Origin: Acetobacteraceae bacterium
GTDB taxonomy: Bacteria; Pseudomonadota; Alphaproteobacteria; Acetobacterales; Acetobacteraceae
Direction of reading: 5' to 3'
DNA: 64,000 bases
Assembly: GCA_031546815.1 (NCBI GenBank)
Contig: JAVBJV010000006.1
Location: forward strand, 40,328-104,327
Part shown: one piece after another, positions 47,251-56,802 of the stretch
How the letters are laid out: every line of letters starts with the position of its first letter
How positions within the stretch are numbered: the first letter of the stretch is position 1
Notes under the pieces: generated by a model
What the model was told of the DNA's origin: nothing
What the model saw: the letters and a program-made list of their open reading frames with translations, nothing else
Databases searched by the model: none
Program-made: the position numbers and the translations under genes

Positions 47251-47374
47251 TTTGGCGCTCCCTGTTTTGACTACAGCTTTGCCCAGCCGGCACATTGGCG
47301 CAAGCACCTTGCCTAAGACGCGCACTTCCCGCACGCTGCCCCCTCAGAATCCGCATATCTGACGAGGAACCTTC

Positions 47375-48913
47375 ATGAACGGCGCTGAAAGTCTTGTGCA
47401 CACCCTGTTGAAATCCGGGGTCGAGGTCTGTTTTGCCAACCCAGGCACCAGCGAGATGCATTTCGTCTCGGCGCTGGACCGCATCCCCGGCATGCGCTGC
47501 GTGCTCGGGTTGCAGGAAAACGTGGTCACCGGCATGGCCGACGGTTACTGGCGGATGACGGGTAAACCCGCCGCCACACTGCTGCATTGTGCCCCCGGCC
47601 TCGCCAACGGTCTGGCCAATCTGCACAATGCGCGGCGGGCACGGTCTGGCATCGTGAACATTGTGGGCGATCAGGCGGTCTATCACCGTCCGCTCGACGC
47701 ACCGCTGACTGGCGATACCGAAGGCTGGGCGCGTGGCGTGTCGGGCTGGGTGCGCACATCGTCGTCCTCGGCCCAGGTGGGGGCAGACGCCGCCGCCGCC
47801 GTGCAGGCCGCCCGCAGCGCGCCGGGGCAGATCGCCACGCTGATCCTGCCCGCCGACACCGCCTGGAACGACAACGCATCCCCCGCCGCGCCGCTGGACA
47901 TTCCCGCCGCACAGCCCGCCGACCCGATCTGCGTGGACACTGCCGCGAAGATTCTGCGCGAAAAATCCAACGTGCTGATCCTGCTGGGCGGCCACACGCT
48001 GTATGAAGACGGCCTGCTGCTCGCGCACCGCATCCGCGAGAAAACCGGCTGCCAGATCATGGCTGAATGCTCCAACGCGCGCATCGAGCGCGGGCAGGGC
48101 CGCGTGGCGATCGAACGTGTGCCCTATCCGGCTGACCAGGCGATTCAGGCGCTGTCGAGCTTCAAGCATATCATTCTGGTGAATTCCAAGGCACCGGTCG
48201 GGTTCTTCGCCTACCCCGACAAGCCGTCGAACCATTACCCGGCGGGTTGCGACATTCATCTGCTGACGCGCTTCGAACAGGATGGCGTCGGTGCGCTGAA
48301 GGCGCTGGCCGAAGCGCTGGGTGCGCCCGCGGTCGCGGCGCCCAATCCCGGCCCGCGTCCCGGCATCGCCAAAGGCCGCCCGCAGCCCGAAGGCGTGGCG
48401 CAGACGCTTGCCGCCACCATGCCCGAGAACAGTGTGGTGATTGACGAAGCCGTGTCGTTCGGGCGCGGCTTCTTCCCGCACACGCACGCCGCGCCGAAGC
48501 ACGACTGGCTGCAGATTGTCGGCGGCGCAATCGGCTGCGGCATTCCGCTGTCGACCGGTGCTGCGGTCGGCGCACCAGGACGGCGCGTGATCGACCTGCA
48601 GGCCGATGGATCGGGCATGTATACGCTGCAGGGCCTGTGGACTCAGGCGCGCGAGAAACTGCCGGTCACCACGATCATTCTGTCGAACCGCAAGTATCAG
48701 ATCCTGATCGGCGAGTATTTCAACGTTGGTGCCAACCCCGGCCCCACGGCGATGAACATGCTCGACCTCAGCAACCCGGATCTGAACTGGATTCAGCTGG
48801 CCAACGGCATGGGCGTTGAAGCCGCGCGTGCGGAAACGATGGAAGAACTGGGCGACCTGATGGCCGCATCGTTCAAGAAGACCGGCCCGTTCGTGATTGA
48901 ACTGGTGATCTGA
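47375..48913 (+). CDS. Thiamine-diphosphate-dependent enzyme (acetolactate synthase large subunit-like, stand-alone)
   Basis: 512 aa. N-terminal PYR domain (…NPGTSEMHF…GMADGY…) and C-terminal PP domain (…DGSGMYT…LWT…). No small-subunit gene is adjacent. Confidence 0.85.
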   Translation: MNGAESLVHTLLKSGVEVCFANPGTSEMHFVSALDRIPGMRCVLGLQENVVTGMADGYWRMTGKPAATLLHCAPGLANGLANLHNARRARSGIVNIVGDQAVYHRPLDAPLTGDTEGWARGVSGWVRTSSSSAQVGADAAAAVQAARSAPGQIATLILPADTAWNDNASPAAPLDIPAAQPADPICVDTAAKILREKSNVLILLGGHTLYEDGLLLAHRIREKTGCQIMAECSNARIERGQGRVAIERVPYPADQAIQALSSFKHIILVNSKAPVGFFAYPDKPSNHYPAGCDIHLLTRFEQDGVGALKALAEALGAPAVAAPNPGPRPGIAKGRPQPEGVAQTLAATMPENSVVIDEAVSFGRGFFPHTHAAPKHDWLQIVGGAIGCGIPLSTGAAVGAPGRRVIDLQADGSGMYTLQGLWTQAREKLPVTTIILSNRKYQILIGEYFNVGANPGPTAMNMLDLSNPDLNWIQLANGMGVEAARAETMEELGDLMAASFKKTGPFVIELVI

Positions 48914-48921
48914 AAAGCGAT

Positions 48922-48953
48922 CCGCACGATCCCCAATGACGGGGGTCGTGCGG
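48922..48953. terminator. Hairpin between convergent TPP-enzyme and secreted-protein genes
   Basis: CCGCACGATCCCC-aatgac-GGGGGTCGTGCGG (13 bp, one mismatch) followed by CTATTTGC. Confidence 0.6.
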
Positions 48954-49319
48954 CTATTTGCATGTCAGTGCGCGGGTCGACGGGTTGAACGTGCACGAAC
49001 TGACCGGCGCCTCGATTGGCTGTGTCAGTTCCCGCAGCTGCGTGGAATGCGCCGCGCGGCCATATTCACACACCAGATGATAACCGCGCACCGCCGGATT
49101 CAGCGTCCACGATGGCTGCACTGCATGCGGATCGTTGGGAGGCTCCACAGTGCTGGTATCCGGCAGATGTGTCCCAAGGTGAGCCCCGCCCAGCATGACG
49201 CGTGTCAGATGTGCCCCGGAATTGCGACCGCCCTGCATGAAGGGCGGACAACGCAGCACGACTTCAGCCTGAGCAGCAGCACAGAATACGGTCATCACGG
49301 CGAGGATAGTTATGCGCAT
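48954..49319 (-). CDS. Small secreted protein with four conserved-looking Cys (hypothetical)
   Basis: The ATG at 49319 gives MRITILAVMTVFCAAAQA/EVVLRCPPF...VCEYG...SSCTFNPSTRALTCK. The GTG alternative at 49328 overlaps the GNAT stop. Confidence 0.6.
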   Translation of the reverse strand: MRITILAVMTVFCAAAQAEVVLRCPPFMQGGRNSGAHLTRVMLGGAHLGTHLPDTSTVEPPNDPHAVQPSWTLNPAVRGYHLVCEYGRAAHSTQLRELTQPIEAPVSSCTFNPSTRALTCK

Positions 49320-49324
49320 TGCGG

Positions 49325-49849
49325 TCACCCTGCCGTGGGAACGGTGCGATCGCCCTCGCCCAGCGTCTTCTGCATATACACAACGTCCAGCCAGCGCCCG
49401 TGCTTCAGCCCGGCCGCGCGCATCACGCCGATGCGGTCGAACCCCAGCGAGGCATGCAGCCCGATCGATCCCACATTGTCGGAATCGCCGATCACCGCGA
49501 ACATCTGTCGGAACCCGCGTTCGGTTGCGTGCTTCAGCAGCTCGGCCACCAGTTCCTTGCCGACGCCCTGTCCGCGCACATCTTCGCGCACATAGATGCT
49601 GTCCTCGGCCGAGAACCGATACGCGGAGCGGTCGCGGAACTGCGTGTAATACGCATAGCCCAGCACGCCCGACTCATCTTCGGCCACCAGCCATGCCCAA
49701 CCGGCGGCTTGCGTGTGCGCCAAACGCTTTTCAACGTCTTCAACCGAAGGTGGAGTTTCCTCGAATGTGCCTGTGCCGTGCAGCACATGATGCGCGTAGA
49801 TCGACTGGATTGCGGGTGCATCGTCAAAGGATGCGGGACGAATTTGCAT
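49325..49849 (-). CDS. GNAT-family N-acetyltransferase (phosphinothricin acetyltransferase-like)
   Basis: 174 aa. …IYAHHVLHGTGTFEE.PPS…, …RGQGVGKELV..L…, …GFR.M.AVIG…N..S..LH..LGF…. Confidence 0.85.
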   Translation of the reverse strand: MQIRPASFDDAPAIQSIYAHHVLHGTGTFEETPPSVEDVEKRLAHTQAAGWAWLVAEDESGVLGYAYYTQFRDRSAYRFSAEDSIYVREDVRGQGVGKELVAELLKHATERGFRQMFAVIGDSDNVGSIGLHASLGFDRIGVMRAAGLKHGRWLDVVYMQKTLGEGDRTVPTAG

Positions 49850-49892
49850 GAAGCGATCCTATTCCAGATGTCGTCCGGGCCAGAACGTCGGG

Positions 49893-50561
49893 TTAAAAAT
49901 CCAGGTCCGAATAATGCATGGGTGCGATCATGCCGGGAACCCGGTCGTTCAGCAACGGGCGGAATGAGGGGCGGCTTTTGACGCGCGCATACCATTCCTT
50001 CAGCGCGGGCGTTGTCGCCCAGCTGATGTCGCCCAGAAAATCCAGCGACGACAGATGCGCCGCCACCACAAGGTCGGCCAGTGTCATCACCGACCCCGCC
50101 ATCCAGGTGCGCGTTTCCGCCAGCCAGTTCAGATAGGTCAGATGGTTCTTCAGATTGGCATAGCCAACCCGCAGCACCGCCGCTTCCGGACCGCCAAGAC
50201 CCTGCAGCGGCTTCAGGAATTTTTCGGTCAGCAGGTTGCGGCTGACTTCCTGTGAAAATCTCCCGTCCATCCATGCCTGCAGGCGGCGCACTTCCACGCG
50301 CTCGGCCAGCGTCCGGCCCAGCAGCGGCACTTCGGGATAGGCTTCGTCCAGATATTCGCAGATCACGCAGCTGTCGGGGATGATCAGCCCGCTCTCCTCG
50401 ACCAGCGTCGGCACCGTGCCGGCGGGATTCATCTCGAGGTATTCGGGCCGGTGTTCCCAGATTTTTTCGGTCAGCAGTTCAAACGGCAGGCGTTTTTCTG
50501 CCAGAGCCAGACGAACCTTACGCGCGAACGGGGATAGGGGAAGGTGATATAAAATACGCAT
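49893..50561 (-). CDS. Glutathione S-transferase family protein
   Basis: The ATG at 50561 gives MRILYHLPLSPFARKVRLALAEK...VPTL... (thioredoxin-like N-domain) followed by a helical C-domain. Confidence 0.85.
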   Translation of the reverse strand: MRILYHLPLSPFARKVRLALAEKRLPFELLTEKIWEHRPEYLEMNPAGTVPTLVEESGLIIPDSCVICEYLDEAYPEVPLLGRTLAERVEVRRLQAWMDGRFSQEVSRNLLTEKFLKPLQGLGGPEAAVLRVGYANLKNHLTYLNWLAETRTWMAGSVMTLADLVVAAHLSSLDFLGDISWATTPALKEWYARVKSRPSFRPLLNDRVPGMIAPMHYSDLDF

Positions 50562-50646
50562 GGGACCGCGCTTATGACATTGAGCTTCCGATCCGCGCAA
50601 GCCGTTCCGGGCAAGAAAGGTACCCCTTTCCCGCCCGGATTTCACA

Positions 50647-53600
50647 TCAGGCGCGCACCGCCTCGGCCACGGCGACAGACAGTGGCTGCGGCAGGTATTT
50701 CACGTAGTCCTTCGGCACCACATGCCAGAAGCTGGCGAGAGTTTTTTCCCATGTGTCCAGCAGACCGGCAGCATAGCGGCTGTTTGTCTCGGCCACATGC
50801 TGCGTCAGCAGATCGCGCAACGTGTTCTCCCAGTACGACTGGGTGACGCGCTGCAACGACAGGGTTTCTGGGTTGATGCGCACTTCGAAGCGGTTGTCGG
50901 GGTCGTAGACAAACGCCATACCGCCGGTGAAGCCCGCGCCGAAATTGTCGCCAACTTCACCCAGGATCACCACGGTGCCGCCGGTCATGTATTCGCATCC
51001 GTTCGACCCACAGCCCTCGATCACCGCCACAGCGCCGGAATTGCGCACCGCGAAGCGTTCGCCCGCCTGCCCCGCCGCAAACAGCGCGCCGGATGTGGCG
51101 CCATACAGCACCGTGTTGCCGATGATGGTGTTGGCCTGCGACTGCAACGGGCTGGACGGCGCCGGGCGCACCACGATGGTACCACCCGACAATCCCTTGC
51201 CCACATAGTCGTTCGCGTCGCCGAACACTTCCAGCTTCAGCCCCTGCACCGCGAACGCGCCCAGCGACTGCCCGGCCGAACCACGCAGACGCACAGTCAG
51301 ATGATCACGCTGCAAGCCCTTCATGCCGAACTGACGCACGATATGCGCGCTGGTGCGCGTGCCAATGGCGCGATGCGTGTTGCGGACCGTGTATTGCAAC
51401 TGCATCTTCTCGCCGCGTTCAAACAGCGATGCCGCGTCCTTCAACATCTGTGCGTCCAGCGTGTCGGGCACTTCGTTGCGGCCTTCCTGCGTGCAGTAAC
51501 GAGCATACGGGCCGGGGTCCGCCTGTGCCAGCAGCGGGTTGAGATCCAGATCGTCCAGATCTTCCGACCCTCGGCTGATCTGATGCAGCAGATCGGTGCG
51601 CCCGATCACATCCACAAACCGCCGCACGCCCAAGCTGGCCAGAATTTCGCGCACTTCCTCGGCAATGAACGAGAACAGGTTGATGACCTTTTCCGTCGTG
51701 CCTTCGAACTTCATGCGCAGCTGTTCATCCTGTGTGCAGACCCCCACCGGGCAGGTGTTGGAATGACACTGACGCACCATGATGCAGCCCATCGCAATCA
51801 GGCTGGCAGTGCCGATGCCGAACTCTTCCGCGCCCAGCATCGCCGCGATCACCACGTCGCGCCCGGTCTTGATGCCGCCATCGGTGCGCAGCTTCACCCG
51901 GTGACGCAGCCGGTTCAGCATCAGCACCTGATGCGCTTCCGACAGCCCCATCTCCCACGGCAGCCCCGCGTATTTAATCGACGACAGCGGCGACGCACCG
52001 GTGCCGCCCGAATGGCCCGAGATCAGGATCGCATCCGCCTTCGCCTTCGCCACACCGGCCGCGATGGTGCCGATCCCGCCACGCGCCACCAGCTTCACCG
52101 ACACGGTGGCATCAGGGTTGATCTGCTTCAGGTCGTAGATCAACTGCGCGAGGTCTTCGATTGAATAAATATCGTGATGCGGCGGCGGGCTGATCAGCAT
52201 CACCCCCGGCGTGGAATGCCGCAGCTTGGCAATCAGTTCGGTCACCTTGAAGCCGGGCAGCTGGCCACCTTCACCGGGCTTGGCGCCCTGTGCCATCTTG
52301 ATCTCGATCTCGCGGCAGTCGTTCAGATACTGCGCGGTGACGCCGAAGCGACCCGACGCAATCTGCTTGATCGCCGACGATGCGTTGTCGCCATTGGCGC
52401 GCGGTTTGGCACGCAGCGGGTCCTCACCGCCCTCGCCGCTGTCCGACTTCGCGCCGATGCGGTTCATCGCGATCGACAGTGTTTCATGCGCTTCCGGCGA
52501 CAGCGCCCCCAGCGAAATTCCGGGCGAGACAAGACGTTTGCGGATTTCGGTGATGCTCTCCACATCGTCGATCGAGATCGCCGTCGCGCCCTCGGTCCGG
52601 AAGTCGAGCAGATCGCGCAGCGCCACCGGCGGCATCTTGCGCACGCCGTCGCTGTAACGCTTGTAGGTCTGATACGAATCCGACCCCACGGCCTCCTGCA
52701 GCGTCTTGATCAGCGCGCCATCAAAGGCGTGCGTCTCGTTGCTCTGCCGACGCAGCTTGTACTGGCCGCCGACCGGCAGCGCCACGGCATCCTCGTCCCA
52801 GGCCCTGGCATGCAGTTCCAGCACGCGCTTGGCGATCCCGGCCATACCAATGCCCGAGATACGGCTCTGCATACCGGGGAAGAATTCCGCGATCAGCGCG
52901 CGCGACAGGCCGATGGCTTCGAAGTTGTAACCGCCGCGGTAGGACGAGATCACACTGATGCCCATCTTCGACATCACCTTCAGCAGCCCCTTGTCCACCG
53001 CCTTGCGGTACCGCTGCACACATTCCTTCAGCGACAGATCACCGAACAGACCGCGACGATGACGATCGGCGATGCTCTCCTGCGCCAGATACGCATTTAC
53101 CGTCGTCGCGCCAACACCGATCAGCACCGCGAAGTGATGCACGTCGAGGCATTCGGAAGACCGCACGTTCAGACTGGTGAAGGTGCGCAGGCTCTGGCGC
53201 ACCAGATGCGTGTGCACACCACCGGCGGCCAGAATCATCGGGATCGGCGCGCGGTCCGGCCCAGTTGCTTCATCGGTCAGGATCACGTGCGTGCAACCGG
53301 CGCGAATGCCTTCTTCGGCTTCACGACGAATACGCTCGATCGCGGGGCGCAGACCGGCCTCACCCTCGGCGGCGGGGAAGGTGCAATCCACCACGCAGGC
53401 GGATGTGCCCATATAGGTGCGCATCGCATCGAATTCCGCGTTCGACAACACGGGCGAGCTGAGCTGCAACAGGCTGCACTGCGACGGCGCTTCGTCGAGG
53501 ATGTTGCCCAGATTCCCCAACCGCGTCTTGATGGTCATCACACGGCTTTCGCGCAGTGAATCGATCGGCGGGTTAGTCACCTGGCTGAACATCTGCCGGA

Positions 53601-55176
53601 AGTAATGATGCAGCCCGCGATACTGTTCCGACAACACCGCAACCGGCGTGTCGTCGCCCATGCTGCCCAGCGCTTCGTTGGCGTCCTCCACCATCGGGTG
53701 CAGGATCATCTCCAGCTCTTCCAGCGTGGTGCCGACAGTCAGCTGGCGGCGGCGCAGTTCCTCGCCCACGACAGTGACCGGCTCGCCGGCATCGGCGCGC
53801 ACGATGTGGTCGATGGTGGTGGTGCTCTTGGTCCATTCACCAAACGGATGGCGACCGGCCAGCTCGTCCTTCAGCTGTTCATCGTTATAGAACGTGGCGT
53901 TATCCAGATCGACACCGATACACTGGCCGGGGCCGACGCGGCCTTTCTCGACCACATTGGCTTCGGTGATCTTCACCATGCCAGTTTCGGACCCCACAAT
54001 CAGCAGCTTGCTGTCGGTGATCGTGTAACGCAGCGGACGTAGCCCGTTGCGATCCAGCCCGGCGATCATCCAACGTCCATCGGTGGCGGCAATGGCAGCG
54101 GGGCCGTCCCATGGCTCCATCACCGAATTGCAGTACTGGAACAGGTCGCGGTGCGCTTTCTTGGTGGTGGGGTCCTGCTGGATGCTCTGCGGGATGCACA
54201 GCGCCTTCGCCATCGGCGCATCGCGCCCGCCGCGCACCAGCAGTTCGAACACGTTGTCGAACGTCGCCGTGTCGGACCCGCCGGCTTGAATCACCGGCTT
54301 GATGTCGTCCATGTACGAATCGAGCAGATCGTGCGCCAGTCGCGTCTCGTGCGACTTCATCCAGTTGATGTTACCGGTGACGGTATTGATCTCGCCGTTA
54401 TGCGCCAGCATGCGGAACGGCTGCGCCAGACGCCAGGTCGGGAAGGTGTTGGTCGAGTAACGCTGATGGTAGATCGCAAACCGCGACACAAAGCGTTCGT
54501 CGAGAAGATCGGGGTAGAATTCGGTCAGGCTCTCGGCGACGAACATGCCCTTGTAGATAATCGACCGGCACGACAGCGAACACAGATACAGATCGGGGAT
54601 CTGCGCTGCGATTGCCTGCTTTTCGATGCGACGGCGGATGACGTACAGATCGCGTTCGAACGTCGCATCATCCGTGCCCTTGGGGTTCCACAGCATGATC
54701 TGTTCGATCTCGGGGCGGGTCGCGTTGGCTTTCTCGCCGATGCAGGCAGCGTTGATCGGCACCTGACGCCAGCCATAGATCTGATAGCCGAAATTCAGCA
54801 CCTCGGTTTCGACGATCGCGCGGCAGCGTTCCTGCGCGCCGATATCGGTCTTCGGCATGAACACCATGCCAACACCGATCCGCCCGGGGCGCACACGGTC
54901 GCCACCGCGACGCACCACGTCCGCGAAAAAATCCTGCGCGATTTCGATATGGATGCCAGCACCGTCGCCGGTCTTGCCATCGGCATCGACCGCACCGCGA
55001 TGCCAGACGGCCTTCAGCGCATCAATCCCCGCCTGCACCACGTCGCGCCGCGCCTTGCCATCCAGCGCAGCGACAAGGCCGACGCCGCAGGCATCGTGTT
55101 CGGTCAGGTCGATGTGTGCTGCTTCCAGCATGGATTTGTTGGCAGCGTGATCAGCCAGGTAACGCATGTCGTTCAT
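50647..55176 (-). CDS. gltB: Glutamate synthase large subunit
   Basis: 1509 aa. N-terminal amidotransferase Cys (…HDACGVG…), FMN/3Fe-4S and GXGXG domains. Confidence 0.97.
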   Translation of the reverse strand: MNDMRYLADHAANKSMLEAAHIDLTEHDACGVGLVAALDGKARRDVVQAGIDALKAVWHRGAVDADGKTGDGAGIHIEIAQDFFADVVRRGGDRVRPGRIGVGMVFMPKTDIGAQERCRAIVETEVLNFGYQIYGWRQVPINAACIGEKANATRPEIEQIMLWNPKGTDDATFERDLYVIRRRIEKQAIAAQIPDLYLCSLSCRSIIYKGMFVAESLTEFYPDLLDERFVSRFAIYHQRYSTNTFPTWRLAQPFRMLAHNGEINTVTGNINWMKSHETRLAHDLLDSYMDDIKPVIQAGGSDTATFDNVFELLVRGGRDAPMAKALCIPQSIQQDPTTKKAHRDLFQYCNSVMEPWDGPAAIAATDGRWMIAGLDRNGLRPLRYTITDSKLLIVGSETGMVKITEANVVEKGRVGPGQCIGVDLDNATFYNDEQLKDELAGRHPFGEWTKSTTTIDHIVRADAGEPVTVVGEELRRRQLTVGTTLEELEMILHPMVEDANEALGSMGDDTPVAVLSEQYRGLHHYFRQMFSQVTNPPIDSLRESRVMTIKTRLGNLGNILDEAPSQCSLLQLSSPVLSNAEFDAMRTYMGTSACVVDCTFPAAEGEAGLRPAIERIRREAEEGIRAGCTHVILTDEATGPDRAPIPMILAAGGVHTHLVRQSLRTFTSLNVRSSECLDVHHFAVLIGVGATTVNAYLAQESIADRHRRGLFGDLSLKECVQRYRKAVDKGLLKVMSKMGISVISSYRGGYNFEAIGLSRALIAEFFPGMQSRISGIGMAGIAKRVLELHARAWDEDAVALPVGGQYKLRRQSNETHAFDGALIKTLQEAVGSDSYQTYKRYSDGVRKMPPVALRDLLDFRTEGATAISIDDVESITEIRKRLVSPGISLGALSPEAHETLSIAMNRIGAKSDSGEGGEDPLRAKPRANGDNASSAIKQIASGRFGVTAQYLNDCREIEIKMAQGAKPGEGGQLPGFKVTELIAKLRHSTPGVMLISPPPHHDIYSIEDLAQLIYDLKQINPDATVSVKLVARGGIGTIAAGVAKAKADAILISGHSGGTGASPLSSIKYAGLPWEMGLSEAHQVLMLNRLRHRVKLRTDGGIKTGRDVVIAAMLGAEEFGIGTASLIAMGCIMVRQCHSNTCPVGVCTQDEQLRMKFEGTTEKVINLFSFIAEEVREILASLGVRRFVDVIGRTDLLHQISRGSEDLDDLDLNPLLAQADPGPYARYCTQEGRNEVPDTLDAQMLKDAASLFERGEKMQLQYTVRNTHRAIGTRTSAHIVRQFGMKGLQRDHLTVRLRGSAGQSLGAFAVQGLKLEVFGDANDYVGKGLSGGTIVVRPAPSSPLQSQANTIIGNTVLYGATSGALFAAGQAGERFAVRNSGAVAVIEGCGSNGCEYMTGGTVVILGEVGDNFGAGFTGGMAFVYDPDNRFEVRINPETLSLQRVTQSYWENTLRDLLTQHVAETNSRYAAGLLDTWEKTLASFWHVVPKDYVKYLPQPLSVAVAEAVRA

Positions 55177-55181
55177 CGGTC

Positions 55182-56609
55182 TTACTCCGCCGCCACGGCT
55201 TGCGCCATCTGTTGCATGTAGGTGTGCATCTTCGCCGCCGCATCGCGCCCGTCGCGGATCGCCCAGACGACCAGGCTCGCACCGCGCACGATATCGCCCG
55301 CGGCGAACACGCCGGGCAGGCTGGTCATGAAGCTGCGATGGTCGATCTTCAGCGTGCCCCAGCGCGACACATTCAGCGCCGGTTCGGCAAACTGTGCGGG
55401 AATGTCCTCGGGATCGAACCCCAGCGCCTTGATCACCAGATCGGCCTTCTGGGTGAAGGTCGAATTTTCGATCTCCTCGATCCCCTGCCGCCCGGTTGCA
55501 TCCGGCTGCGTCAGGCGCATGCGCACGGTGCGCACGCCGGTAACGTGATCGTCGCCAAGAAACGCTTCAGGCGCGGACAGCCAGACGAAGTTCACGCCTT
55601 CCTCTTCCGCGTTGGTCACTTCGCGCAAAGATCCGGGCATGTTCGCGCGATCGCGCCGATACAGGCACGAGACCGACGCCGCGCCCTGGCGGATCGCCGT
55701 GCGCACGCAGTCCATCGCGGTATCACCACCGCCGATCACCACCACGTGCTTGCCCTTTGCCTCGGGCGTTGCCGTGGCGGGCAGCGTGTCGCCCAGGCTG
55801 CGGCGGTTGGAGTCGGTCAGATAGTCGAGCGCGCTGATAATCCCCTTGAGGCCACTGCCCGGCGCCTGCAGATCACGTGCCTTGTAAACACCGGTCGCCA
55901 CCAGCACCGATGCATGACGCGCACGCAGATCGGCGAACGACAGGTCACGCCCGATTTCGGTGTTCAGGTGGAAGACGATACCGGCTTCTTCCAGCAGATC
56001 CCAGCGGCGCTGGATGACGCTCTTTTCCAGCTTGAAGCCGGGGATGCCGTACATCATCAGCCCGCCAACGCGGTCGTGCCGGTCGTAGACATGCACGGTA
56101 TAGCCCTTGCGCCGCAGCCATTCCGCCGCCGCCAGACCACCCGGGCCAGCACCGATGATACCGACGCTGATGCCGTTCTCGGCGCGCGGGTGCGGGGCTT
56201 TCACCCAGTTATTGGCGAAGGCGGTTTCGACAATGTGCTTTTCAACCGCACCGATGGTCACGCTGTCGAAGCTGCGTTCGATCACGCAATTGCCTTCGCA
56301 CAGGCGATCCTGCGGACAGATGCGGCCGCAGATCTCGGGGAAGGTATTGGTGGCGGATGCCAGTTCGTAGGCTTCCTCCATCCGGCCTTCCGCGGTCAGC
56401 TTCAGCCAGTCGGGGATGTTGTTCGAGAGCGGGCAATGGATCGAGCAGAACGGAACACCGCACTGACTGCACCGACTGGCCTGCGTGCGTGCGGCGTCCT
56501 GCGTGAAGGGACGGTAAATCTCGTCGAAGTCGAAGCGCCGGTCGGCAGCCTCGCGCTTGTCGGGCGTGCGCTGCTCCACACTGACAAATTTCAGCATCCG
56601 TTCTGCCAT
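55182..56609 (-). CDS. gltD: Glutamate synthase small subunit (NADPH)
   Basis: The ATG at 56609 gives MAERMLKFVSVEQR.... Two Fe-S Cys clusters (CSQCGVPFC…CP; CGRICP…C.G.C) and the dinucleotide motifs GAGPGGLAAA and VIGGGDTAMD. Confidence 0.95.
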   Translation of the reverse strand: MAERMLKFVSVEQRTPDKREAADRRFDFDEIYRPFTQDAARTQASRCSQCGVPFCSIHCPLSNNIPDWLKLTAEGRMEEAYELASATNTFPEICGRICPQDRLCEGNCVIERSFDSVTIGAVEKHIVETAFANNWVKAPHPRAENGISVGIIGAGPGGLAAAEWLRRKGYTVHVYDRHDRVGGLMMYGIPGFKLEKSVIQRRWDLLEEAGIVFHLNTEIGRDLSFADLRARHASVLVATGVYKARDLQAPGSGLKGIISALDYLTDSNRRSLGDTLPATATPEAKGKHVVVIGGGDTAMDCVRTAIRQGAASVSCLYRRDRANMPGSLREVTNAEEEGVNFVWLSAPEAFLGDDHVTGVRTVRMRLTQPDATGRQGIEEIENSTFTQKADLVIKALGFDPEDIPAQFAEPALNVSRWGTLKIDHRSFMTSLPGVFAAGDIVRGASLVVWAIRDGRDAAAKMHTYMQQMAQAVAAE

Positions 56610-56728
56610 AGCCTGCTTCCCTCTTCTTTTGGCCTGCCTGGGCCGAAGCGGAGAAAACAGCATCTCGGAACACATGGCGAGATAGAAAATGCATATTAGG
56701 TCAGTAATACTGGCTTAAATATACTATT

Positions 56729-56744
56729 ATCACGAATTCGTGAT
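56729..56744. promoter_or_regulatory. Perfect 16-bp palindrome ATCACGAATTCGTGAT in the gltD upstream region
   Basis: Read directly from the sequence. It lies in an AT-rich spacer 120 nt upstream of the gltD ATG. Confidence 0.4.
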
Positions 56745-56802
56745 GCACGGCGGTCTATCGCGTAACAATATTATATATCAAATCGGTCCTATCTGGTAAT
56801 TT

